From: Nitrospirales bacterium
Lineage (GTDB): Bacteria; Nitrospirota; Nitrospiria; Nitrospirales; UBA8639
Length of the DNA: 64,000 nucleotides
Direction: 5' to 3'
Assembly (NCBI GenBank): GCA_963555755.3
Contig: OY820905.2
Location: 4,224,001-4,288,000 of the forward strand
In this document: positions 17,319 through 26,259 of the stretch, piece by piece
Layout of the letters: every line of letters begins with the position of its first letter
Numbering within the stretch: position 1 is the stretch's first letter
Program-made: the position numbers and the translations under genes
The notes under the pieces: generated by a model
Told to the model about the DNA's origin: nothing
The model's database searches: none
The model's input: the letters and a program-made list of their open reading frames with translations, nothing else

Positions 17319-18206
17319 ATGAATGAAGCGATTACATGTCAAGGTCGTCGCCTCCCCCAATCTGATCTGTGCTGGTTACGCCATCTGGTTTGCCGGCACC
17401 CTGACTGGAGCCGCCATAAAATAACCCAGCATATTTGTCGGCACTGGGGCTGGCAGACCCCGTCCGGACAACTGAAAACCTTTGCCGCCCGCAGCATGAT
17501 CGACAAACTCGAACATCGCGGGCTCCTGAAGCTGCCCCCGATTCGTGTCGCCTCTCGACGCAACATCTTCCCCCCTTTCCGAAAGGGGTTTATGCCTCCC
17601 GAAGCCCCGCACATCGACGCAGCTCTCAAGACCCTGACGCCCCTGTCCATTCATATTCCAACCTCACATTCCTACGAAGCCAGTTGTGTGGGATATTACC
17701 TGAGCCACCATCACTACCTCGGGTTCACCCGAACGGTCGGTGAACATCTCAAGTACCTGGTGCGGGATCGCTCCGGGCAGGATCTGGCCTGCCTCCTCTT
17801 CGGTTCCGCCGCCTGGAAAACCACCCCGCGCGACACCTTTATCGGCTGGGAGCCGGACACCCGAGCCGCCAACCTCAACTTCATGACCAACAATACCCGC
17901 TTTCTCATCCTGCCCTGGGTGCGTGTGCCGCATCTGGCCAGCCATCTCCTGGGCCGGGTCATGAGACGTCTCCGGCAGGACTGGATCGAGAAATACGGCC
18001 ATCCCGTCCACTTGGTGGAGACCTTTGTGGAGCGAGACCGCTTCAAAGGTATCTGCTATCAGGCCGCGAACTGGCTCTATGTCGGGCAGACCAAAGGCCG
18101 GTCCCGGCAGGACCGTGACAAGGCTCTGCGCGTGCCGGTGAAGGCAATTTATCTCTATCCCCTCATCCGCCACTTCCGACAGGCCCTCTGCCGGAGCAAG
18201 CCATGA
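17319..18206 (+). CDS. DUF4338/DruA-like protein (passenger or accessory gene of the IS66-like element)
   Basis: HHYLG, RDTFIGW, NNTRFLILPW, ETFVE, GICYQAANW, GQTKGR; ATGA overlap with the transposase. Confidence 0.85.
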   Translation: MNEAITCQGRRLPQSDLCWLRHLVCRHPDWSRHKITQHICRHWGWQTPSGQLKTFAARSMIDKLEHRGLLKLPPIRVASRRNIFPPFRKGFMPPEAPHIDAALKTLTPLSIHIPTSHSYEASCVGYYLSHHHYLGFTRTVGEHLKYLVRDRSGQDLACLLFGSAAWKTTPRDTFIGWEPDTRAANLNFMTNNTRFLILPWVRVPHLASHLLGRVMRRLRQDWIEKYGHPVHLVETFVERDRFKGICYQAANWLYVGQTKGRSRQDRDKALRVPVKAIYLYPLIRHFRQALCRSKP

Positions 18207-19651
18207 CCTTCACCCGCGACGCACTCCTCATCCTGGCCAAGAGCAACCCCGAGGCGCTCGTCGAACTGATCCTGGCGCTGCAGGAACAGGGGCAGGCGCT
18301 GACCACGCATGTCACCGAACTGGCACAGCGGCTCGACCAACACAGTCGCAACAGCAGCAAACCGCCCTCGTCCGATGGACCGGCCAAGCCCCGAACCAAG
18401 AGCCTGCGCATACCTTCCGGGAAAAAGCCGGGCGGCCAACAGGGACATGCCGGCCAGACGTTAAAACAGGTGGAAACCCCAGACCACCTGGTCCACCTGC
18501 CTGTTCACTCCTGTTCCTGCCATGCCGACCTCACCAACGAGACGGTCACCGGCTATGAACGCCGGCAGCTCTTTGAACTGCCGGAGCCAAAACTCGACGT
18601 CACCGAATATCGGGGAGCAATCAAAACCTGCCCCCAATGCGGCCGCTCGGTCACGGCGTCATTTCCTGATGACCTGCCTGCGCCGGCACAGTACGGTCCC
18701 AGATTTCGCAGCCTCCTGGTCTACCTCCAGAACCAACAGTTGATCCCCTTACGCCGTGTCAGCCAGATGATGGCTGATCTGTATGGCGCCTCGGTCAGCG
18801 ACGCCACCATTGACGAGGCCTCCCGCCGAAGTTATGAGCACCTCGCGCCGTTCGAGACTGCGGTCAAAGAAGCGCTCGGCAAGAGTCCCATCCTCCATGC
18901 CGATGAAAGCGGCGTCCGCACGGCCGGGACGCTCCACTGGCTCCACAGTGCCAGCACGGCCACGTTGACCTTTTACGGTGTGCACGCCAAACGGGGAAGA
19001 GAGGCGATCGAGCAGTTCCAGATCCTCCCGGATTTTGCTGGCCGCCTGATCCACGATTTCTGGAAACCCTATCTCTCCTATGACTGTGCCCACGGCCTCT
19101 GTAACGCCCATCATTTGCGGGAACTCACGTGCCTGTTCGAGCAGCACGAACAACCATGGGCCAAACACATGTTTGACCTGTTGCTGACGATGAACGTGTT
19201 TGTCAGCAAGCAACTCGCACAGTTAACGGAAGAACAGAAAACCCCCTGGCTGAAACAATACAGGGATCTTCTCACCCTCGGATGGCAGGCCAACCCCCTT
19301 CCGGCACCGCCACAGAAAAAGTCACGAGGCCGGCCCAAAAAGACCAAGGCCCAAAATCTCCTCACCCGTCTTGGCGAGCATGAAGCCTCCGTGCTCGCGT
19401 TCCTCCATGACAGACAGGTTCCCTTCACTAATAATCTGGCAGAACAGGATATCCGCATGATCAAGCTCCGCCTCAAAATATCCGGGTGTTTTCGAACGCT
19501 TCAAGGCGCGAGGCAGTTCGCCCGCATACGAAGCTACCTTTCTACCGCGAGAAAGCAGGGCGGCAACATGCTGCAAGCCATTTCACAAGCCATGATCGGC
19601 CACCCCTTTATGCCTGCACAATTCACTACAAAGATCATCACACCTGAGTAG
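18203..19651 (+). CDS. IS66-family transposase
   Basis: NSSKPPSSD, KPGGQ.GH.G, CPQCG, HADES, CNAHHLREL, TNNLAEQDIR, KISGCFR. Confidence 0.95.
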   Translation: MTFTRDALLILAKSNPEALVELILALQEQGQALTTHVTELAQRLDQHSRNSSKPPSSDGPAKPRTKSLRIPSGKKPGGQQGHAGQTLKQVETPDHLVHLPVHSCSCHADLTNETVTGYERRQLFELPEPKLDVTEYRGAIKTCPQCGRSVTASFPDDLPAPAQYGPRFRSLLVYLQNQQLIPLRRVSQMMADLYGASVSDATIDEASRRSYEHLAPFETAVKEALGKSPILHADESGVRTAGTLHWLHSASTATLTFYGVHAKRGREAIEQFQILPDFAGRLIHDFWKPYLSYDCAHGLCNAHHLRELTCLFEQHEQPWAKHMFDLLLTMNVFVSKQLAQLTEEQKTPWLKQYRDLLTLGWQANPLPAPPQKKSRGRPKKTKAQNLLTRLGEHEASVLAFLHDRQVPFTNNLAEQDIRMIKLRLKISGCFRTLQGARQFARIRSYLSTARKQGGNMLQAISQAMIGHPFMPAQFTTKIITPE

Positions 19652-19781
19652 TTACGGGTCGAGAAGGTTTTATCCCTTGAGGAATGTTTGAAGATTGGTG
19701 ACAATGCGGGCATTGAAAAATGAATAATGAAATAATGTCAGCTCACATGGTCTTGTATGATGAACGAAGGGAGTCATCCTC

Positions 19782-20150
19782 ATGAGTGCACCTGGTCATG
19801 CCCACGCGATTACTATTGAAAAGAATCCGAATCGAATTACGGTGACGTTTAACGGGACTGTCCTTGCCGATACGCAAAGTGCATTGGTCCTGAAGGAGGG
19901 TCCGCTTCCACCGGCCAATTACATTCCACGTGAAGATGTGCAAATGTCCTACCTACAACGGACTGATCATTCCACTCATTGTCCCTTTAAAGGCGACGCC
20001 TCCTATTTTTCCGTGAGTGTGAATGGGAAGACCGCAGAGAATGCAGTCTGGACCTATGAAGCTCCAATCGACTCTGTGGCGCAGATTAAAGATTATGTTG
20101 TGTTTTATCCAGAAAAAATGGACGCGATTAAAGAATTGCTGAAGGATTGA
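19782..20150 (+). CDS. DUF427 family protein
   Basis: YIPREDV, THCPFKGDASY, AVWTYE.P. Confidence 0.9.
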   Translation: MSAPGHAHAITIEKNPNRITVTFNGTVLADTQSALVLKEGPLPPANYIPREDVQMSYLQRTDHSTHCPFKGDASYFSVSVNGKTAENAVWTYEAPIDSVAQIKDYVVFYPEKMDAIKELLKD

Positions 20151-20420
20151 AAATTTTCGCTCTTCTAAAAATCGTGTAGGAGCTCCTGCCGGTTTGCCTC
20201 TCCTTACAAAGGAGAGGGATCCGAAGTATGTAAAAAATAGCAGACAGTCTCCTGGATATTCGACGAGGCATGCTTGTGAGAAAAATTCGTCATTGCAAGA
20301 CCTGCCTCTAATTTCCTTATAGAACCGATCAATCTCAACGAGGGATCTTAAGGAGCCTGTTGAATATTGCACGCCAATAGCCAATCAAAGCTTCAGATGA
20401 GCCACGCATCGTTCAAGGGG

Positions 20421-20628
20421 AGGGAATGTTCAAAAAAGCATGCCCTGAGTCTTTCCGAAGGGTTCGTCCAGCAAGGCCGCAGCCCTTTTGACGCGCAGAG
20501 CGTACTCATAGTACGTGAGCACGGCAAAAGGGCGACCTGCCTACGCGAAGCCGCTTCAGCAGGCATGGAACCGCTGGCTTGACAGCCGTAGCTTTAGCGA
20601 AGGCTGGCGGCTTTTTTCAACATTCCCT
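20421..20628. mobile_element. MITE-like intergenic repeat
   Basis: IRs AGGGAATGTTCAAAAAAGC / GCTTTTTTCAACATTCCCT; internal GTCCAGCAAGGCCGCAG; right end overlaps the stop codon of the DUF2784 gene. Confidence 0.7.
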
Positions 20629-21002
20629 TAAGGAGTTTTTTTTTGACGGTGAAACACCAACGCATAGATTCCCACGTTCAACAGAATCACCAATACCCCG
20701 AGGAAGATCTGGATCTCACGAGTCAAACCGGTTGGATAAAGAAGAGGCATAACATAGTGTTCAATAAAATCGGATTGGTACCCTTGCTCCCCTCCTGTCT
20801 CCCGGAGCCAATTTTCTAGTGGTGTCAGCGGACAAATCCATCCTGTGAATTCGATCAGGGCTCCCCACACCGCAGCAGGAAGGTGGACCCACATGACCCA
20901 TTTCCATTTTAAAACAAAAAGTCCACCCAACATCACAAAGAGCACAAAGCCCAAATGCAGGAGAACAACCATATCGGCAAAAAAGACAAAATCAAATTTC
21001 AT
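20628..21002 (-). CDS. DUF2784 family membrane protein
   Basis: AD..V.LH..F, HLPA..WG, ICPLTPLENWLR, FIEHY. Confidence 0.9.
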   Translation of the reverse strand: MKFDFVFFADMVVLLHLGFVLFVMLGGLFVLKWKWVMWVHLPAAVWGALIEFTGWICPLTPLENWLRETGGEQGYQSDFIEHYVMPLLYPTGLTREIQIFLGVLVILLNVGIYALVFHRQKKTP

Positions 21003-21284
21003 TGGTGCCTCAAGATTCTCTTGATCGTTGGAGAAACAAGATTCCATTGCGATCCTTGGGACGAGAGAACCCAATTGTAGTAGGAAAGACGGCAGGTGTC
21101 GAAAAAGCGAGGCGAGTGAGGTTTCCGAATGGATTCTCAGACAATCTTGCCTTACGCAGGAAGATCACTCACGTTCTATCAATTACCCCCTGTGACTTGA
21201 GGTTATTACATGTTGCAATCAAAGTTTGCAAAAAAGTTCCTGACACCTTTTTCTGCCGCCGAGGCTAGAATAGTAGGATAGCCA

Positions 21285-22598
21285 ATGTGTGACCAAGCTG
21301 GAAGAACAGTAACCGTGTCTGCCGGGAATCGGGGCTTTGCTTTAGTCGCGGCGTTATTGTTGGTTGTGGTGGTGGGGATTGTTGCAGCGACGGTGCTGCA
21401 GACGACTTCGACTGAGATTAAAATCAGTGGGAATCAGCGGCGAGCGGTGCAAGATTTTTATGTGGCTGAGGCGGGATTGGCGGAAGGTCAAGCGCGGTTA
21501 CGCACGCGAGCAGGGGTTGAACAATTTGTTATGTTTGATCTCGGCCCCGGATCCAATCCCTTCTGGTCAGTGTATATTTTGACGTCTTCTACCTGGGAGC
21601 CCCAAGACGACCCGAACTTTTCTTCTCAATATTTGAATCTCATTCCGCAACCTGGAAATCCTACCAGCACAGTGGTTCAACCCAATAGTGTGCAATCGGC
21701 TCTTCCGTACTGGGTCAAACTTCGTCATAAAACGGAATATGATGCGGAGCAGGCTGGGCACCGCACCAGCACTCCCCATTACTTCGATGGGGACGGGAGT
21801 ACGTCAACACATCGGTCCCCTAATGTGGGAAATGTCATCTATTTTGGATATCCGAATATCGATGCGACTGAGCCTCAGCAGTTTTCGACTCAAGGCCAAA
21901 CGCCTTGGCTCCCCATTGAGCTGATTACTTCGAATGGGGGGAATGATGTTGGTGGGGTTCTCTTGGAAATTGAGGCGGTACATCCCGCCGGGCCGAATCA
22001 TCTGGGCGCATTGTATGCGGAAGGGGACGTCATCCTTTCTGGTCAATCTGGAACTCTCAATGGTCACGATGCTTGTGGTGTCGTGTCCAGCCTTCCTCCG
22101 GTGTATTCAAGAAGTACTGTCACACAAGGGCCTGCTGTCCAATTTGATGGAATCCCGGGATCGCCCGTTCAAGGGAGCGTTGTCTTAGATCTTGTTCAAT
22201 CAATTGATGACCTCAGTCGAGGGGCAATACCGATTCAATCAGATTTGTTGAATCAACAATTGGGGAGCTCTTCAGTTCCTGAAACCTATTTGGCCATTGT
22301 GTCTCGCTTGCCAAATTCCAGTCGTCTTCTTATTCGAAATACCGTGGGATACGGAATCCTATTGGTGGATGGTACGGCGATTCTTGAAGGGCAGGTGTCG
22401 TGGCAAGGGATGATTATCGTGACCGGCGACCTTTTCATCCAAGGAGACGGGGCTAGCATTTCTGTAAACGGGGGACTGTGGGCGAGAAGCGTCCAGCAAA
22501 CAGGGGGGAGTCTTAACATTCAATATGACAGTTGCCAGATTCAAGCTTCTCTTCTCTCTCGGGCGGTACAGGTGAGGTCATGGAGGGAGGGTTTTTAA
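21285..22598 (+). CDS. PilX-like pilus assembly protein
   Basis: RG|FALV.ALL; E.KISGN; FYVAEAGL; C-terminal SWRE. Confidence 0.8.
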   Translation: MCDQAGRTVTVSAGNRGFALVAALLLVVVVGIVAATVLQTTSTEIKISGNQRRAVQDFYVAEAGLAEGQARLRTRAGVEQFVMFDLGPGSNPFWSVYILTSSTWEPQDDPNFSSQYLNLIPQPGNPTSTVVQPNSVQSALPYWVKLRHKTEYDAEQAGHRTSTPHYFDGDGSTSTHRSPNVGNVIYFGYPNIDATEPQQFSTQGQTPWLPIELITSNGGNDVGGVLLEIEAVHPAGPNHLGALYAEGDVILSGQSGTLNGHDACGVVSSLPPVYSRSTVTQGPAVQFDGIPGSPVQGSVVLDLVQSIDDLSRGAIPIQSDLLNQQLGSSSVPETYLAIVSRLPNSSRLLIRNTVGYGILLVDGTAILEGQVSWQGMIIVTGDLFIQGDGASISVNGGLWARSVQQTGGSLNIQYDSCQIQASLLSRAVQVRSWREGF

Positions 22599-22677
22599 TT
22601 CTCGTCAAAACTACAATGGGTTATGGTCTTGGCCATGAATGTGAAAATGAGCGTATTGGTGGCTTATGTCGCCTTCC

Positions 22678-22719
22678 CCCTCACCCTAGCCCTCTCCCCC
22701 TTCTAAGGGGGCGAGGGGA
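22678..22719. repeat. CCCTCACCC..CCCTCTCCC REP-like repeat (related copies near 31048-31080 and 32842-32876)
   Basis: CCCTCACCCTAGCCCTCTCCCC...GGGCGAGGGGA; inverted copies elsewhere in the window. Confidence 0.7.
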
Positions 22720-22992
22720 TAGGAATAAGACGTGGCTTTCTCAACTCCCACCCTGAATGGATAAGACGACTTTTTCACTAATGAATTTCTGCTGATTTGA
22801 TTTTGATTGCAACCCTTTGAAAAAAAAGAAAAACTCTGAAATATTTCCTTGGAACACTGTTCAAAGGGACTGTTTGTCTGGGCCTTTCGTCGCTGGTATT
22901 TTCTGGGTCTTCTGATTGATTGCCTATCCAAAAAAATCTCATTAGAATGCGAGGTTCGGTGTTCTATCACCCACCTTAACAAAGGTTTCGTT

Positions 22993-24189
22993 ATGGCTAA
23001 GGTTTTGGAAGGCCCGGGAATGGGCTTGCTGAAAAAGTGGGGGCTACAAACCCCGAACTATGTTGTCGTAAGTTCAGGGGATGAATTTGACCAACTCGCG
23101 CAGGCGAACGACTGGCTTCAAAAAAATAAATTGGTGGCCAAGGCTCATGAGGCCCTGGGATCTCGGTTTAAGCTGGGCCTGGTGAAAGTCGGACTTGATC
23201 TCCCAGGCACGAAGGCTGCAGTTCGAGAGATGCTAGGGAAACAGGTGGAATCAGTCACCATCCGTGAAGTGATTGTGTCTGAGGCCATTGATCATACAGA
23301 CGAATATTATGCCTCGGCCAAATCCACCCGCGAAGGTGTTGAGGTGATGGTGGCGAAGTGTGGGGGTATCGAAGTTGAAGCGAACTGGGATAAGGTCAAG
23401 CGTATAATAGTTGATATCGGAGAAGTGCCTACGGATGCTGCCCTTTCGGGTTTAGTAAAAGACGCTGAGTTTTCCGGAGACACTGCTTCCAAAATGGCAG
23501 AGTTTCTTAAGAAGCTCTATACCTGCTTTGACAATGAAGACGCTCAATATTTGGAAATCAATCCGGTCGTTTCAAATGCTGCCGGTGACTTAGTTGCTCT
23601 CGACGCCGTCACGCTTCTCGATGGTGATGCCAAGTTTAGGCATAAAGATTGGACCTTCCCCTTCGCGGCCGAGTTTGGCCGGGCCTATACCAAGAATGAA
23701 GAAGAAGTCATGGCCGTGGATGCCAAGGTGAAAGGGTCCGTGAAGCTCATTGAAATTCCTGGTGGCAATATTGCCATGCTCCCAGCGGGGGGTGGCGCGA
23801 GCGTCTACTATTCTGATGCGGTGGTGGCCCGTGGAGGAAAGTTGGCTAATTATGCGGAATACTCCGGTGATCCGCCTGATTGGGCCGTAGAAGTGTTGAC
23901 TGAGAAAGTCTGCTCACTTCCAGGCATTACCCATATTATTGTGGGCGGCGCCATTGCCAATTTCACCGATGTGTTAAAGACGTTTGGTGGGATCATCAAG
24001 GCGTTTCGTAAAGCCAAAGCCGAGGGTAAGCTGGACAATGTCAAAATCTGGGTGCGCCGAGGTGGACCCAATGAAAAACAAGGGTTGGCAATGATGAAGG
24101 ACCTTCAGAAAGAAGGCTTTAACATTGAAGTCTTCGATCGCACTCTACCATTGACTGATATTGTGGATATGGCGCTGGCAAAGAGTTAA
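22993..24189 (+). CDS. aclB: ATP-citrate lyase beta subunit
   Basis: MAKVLEGPGM; LEINP; AGGGASVYYSD; NYAEYSGDP; GGAIANFTDV; RRGGPN. Confidence 0.95.
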   Translation: MAKVLEGPGMGLLKKWGLQTPNYVVVSSGDEFDQLAQANDWLQKNKLVAKAHEALGSRFKLGLVKVGLDLPGTKAAVREMLGKQVESVTIREVIVSEAIDHTDEYYASAKSTREGVEVMVAKCGGIEVEANWDKVKRIIVDIGEVPTDAALSGLVKDAEFSGDTASKMAEFLKKLYTCFDNEDAQYLEINPVVSNAAGDLVALDAVTLLDGDAKFRHKDWTFPFAAEFGRAYTKNEEEVMAVDAKVKGSVKLIEIPGGNIAMLPAGGGASVYYSDAVVARGGKLANYAEYSGDPPDWAVEVLTEKVCSLPGITHIIVGGAIANFTDVLKTFGGIIKAFRKAKAEGKLDNVKIWVRRGGPNEKQGLAMMKDLQKEGFNIEVFDRTLPLTDIVDMALAKS

Positions 24190-24359
24190 TTCAAACAAGA
24201 CTGTAACTACTAGGTTCATGGGTTCCATGGTTCACGGTTTGGGGAAAGATAAAGCTTGAACGGAAGATCTTGAGGCGAGGCAAAGGGATTAACCGTGAAC
24301 TTTGAACCTTGAACCCGAGAACCTAAGTAGTGACAACATTCTGAACTGAGGAGAGTTCG

Positions 24360-26189
24360 ATGAGTATTTTGGCGACAAAAGATACCCACGTAGTAATCCA
24401 GGGTGGTGTGGCTGGTGTGAATGCAGCCAAACGGATGGCCGAGTTTCGATACATGATTAAACAGCCGATGAACGTCTCGGCCTTTGTCTACCCCCCCGAT
24501 GCCGGCAAAACCAATGAAGTCATCTGTGGGAACCAAACAGTGACAATTCCTATCTATAAGACTATTGCGGATGCCACCGCAAATCATCCTGAGATCAATA
24601 CCAGTTTGGTCTACGTCGGCGCGGACCGGTGCTATGCCAATGCCAAGGAAGCTCTGGATAATTCCAAGATTAAAACCGTGTCCATGATCACCGAAGGACT
24701 TCCGGAAAAGGACGCCAAGCTTCTCGGGAAACATGCCCGCACCCTGAAAAAGACGTTTAACGGTCCTTCCTCAATCGGTGTGATGTCTGCTGGGGAATGC
24801 CGCCTGGGGGTGATTGGTGGAGCCTTCGATAATTTAGTGTCTTGTAAATTGTACCGTCCCGGTTCCTTTGGTGTGATCACGAAGTCTGGCGGACTGTCCA
24901 ACGAAATCATTTGGATTTGTTCGCAGTTTGCAGATGGCATTACGACCGCGATTGGGATTGGCGGCGATTCGTACCCGGGTACGGACTACGTGAGTTATCT
25001 TGAAATGTTTGAAAACGATCCGCAAACCAAAGCCGTGATCATCGTCGGTGAAATGGGTGGCGATTTAGAAGAGCAAGCCGCCGAATGGTATGGCGCAAAA
25101 AAACGTCGAGTCAAACTGCTGGCAGTGGTGTCTGGTTTTTGCCAAGAAAGTCTACCGAAGGGCATGAAGTTTGGTCATGCTGGTGCCAAAGAAGGGCTCA
25201 AAGGAGAAGGATCTGCTCGTTCCAAAGCGGATGCGTTTAAAAAAGCTGGGGCCGTCGTCCCTGAAACGTTTGGAGCCTTGGGGCCTGCGATTAAAGCTAC
25301 CTATGAAGAATTATTGAAGTCTGGGGAAGTGAAGGCAATTCCTGAACTGACCGAAGCTGAAATGCCGGCTCTGCCACGAAGTGTTGAACAAGGCATGAAG
25401 GACGGCGACATTCTGGTGACCCCACTCATTAAGTCTACGATCAGTGATGATCGTGGGGATGAGCCGTATTACCAGGGCTATCCGGCTTCTGAACTCATCA
25501 ATAAAGGCTATGATATTGCGCATGTGATTGGGTTGTTGTGGGATGGTCGTTTGGTATCTAAGCAGGAAGCCGAAATTATTCGACGCATTATCATTCTTTC
25601 CGCTGACCACGGTCCCTGTGTGAGCGCTGCACTGACAACCATTATTGGTGCATGTGCTGGTATTGGGCTGTCCCAATCAGTGGCTGCCGGCATGATCATG
25701 ATTGGCCCCCGTTTTGGTGGCGCGGTGACGGATGCGGGGCGCTACTTCAAATATGCTATCGATAACAAAATGTCTGTCGATGAGTTCTTAGGATACATGA
25801 AGAAAAATATCGGGCCGGTTCCCGGAATCGGGCATCGAGTGAAGAGCCTGCGGAATCCGGACAAGCGAGTGAAGGAATTAGTCGGATACGTGAAGAGTTT
25901 GGGAATTCCTACACCTCATCTCGACTTTGCCCTTGAAGTGGAAAAAGTTACTGCAGCGAAAAAAGATAATCTGATTTTGAACGTGGATGGGACCATGGCT
26001 GTGGTCTTGGTCGATATTGGTTTTCCGACTGATAGCCTCAACGGGTTCTTTGTTCTCTCGAGAACAATTGGTTTAATTGGCCATTGGACCGATCAAAAAC
26101 GGCAGGGCAGCCGGTTGATTCGGTTGTTTAATTACTTGGTCAATTACGCCGCCCCGGGTCGGCGAGAAGTTCCACCACTTGATAAATAG
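24360..26189 (+). CDS. aclA: ATP-citrate lyase alpha subunit
   Basis: KLYRPGS, KSGGLSNE, phospho-His motif FGHAGA, ADHGPCVS, GPRFGGA, VPGIGHRVKS, NVDG. Confidence 0.95.
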   Translation: MSILATKDTHVVIQGGVAGVNAAKRMAEFRYMIKQPMNVSAFVYPPDAGKTNEVICGNQTVTIPIYKTIADATANHPEINTSLVYVGADRCYANAKEALDNSKIKTVSMITEGLPEKDAKLLGKHARTLKKTFNGPSSIGVMSAGECRLGVIGGAFDNLVSCKLYRPGSFGVITKSGGLSNEIIWICSQFADGITTAIGIGGDSYPGTDYVSYLEMFENDPQTKAVIIVGEMGGDLEEQAAEWYGAKKRRVKLLAVVSGFCQESLPKGMKFGHAGAKEGLKGEGSARSKADAFKKAGAVVPETFGALGPAIKATYEELLKSGEVKAIPELTEAEMPALPRSVEQGMKDGDILVTPLIKSTISDDRGDEPYYQGYPASELINKGYDIAHVIGLLWDGRLVSKQEAEIIRRIIILSADHGPCVSAALTTIIGACAGIGLSQSVAAGMIMIGPRFGGAVTDAGRYFKYAIDNKMSVDEFLGYMKKNIGPVPGIGHRVKSLRNPDKRVKELVGYVKSLGIPTPHLDFALEVEKVTAAKKDNLILNVDGTMAVVLVDIGFPTDSLNGFFVLSRTIGLIGHWTDQKRQGSRLIRLFNYLVNYAAPGRREVPPLDK

Positions 26190-26259
26190 TTAGGCTGTTT
26201 CTATCAATATACTCCGAAGTCTGGCGCGTAGCCCTTCGGACTGATGCGGAGAAAACGTT

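Larger units (their letters stand above)
17243..19655 (+). mobile_element. IS66-family element (2413 bp) carrying a DUF4338 gene, copy 1
   Basis: 14-bp perfect IR GTAACTACTCAGGT; 8-bp target duplication GGGTCGAG (17235-17242 / 19656-19663). Confidence 0.95.

Noticed and set aside
14052..18206. Druantia anti-phage system
   Set aside because: Only DruA-like domains, each inside IS boundaries; no DruE-type large helicase or other dru genes (recQ and deaD are ordinary housekeeping helicases)
4439..18206. Mu-like prophage (com plus mom-like genes)
   Set aside because: The genes are about 10 kb apart in unrelated contexts; no phage structural, MuA/MuB or lysis genes
24203..24216. GTAACTACT resembling the IS66 terminal repeat
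   Set aside because: Only 9 bp match, no partner end or TSD; probably chance
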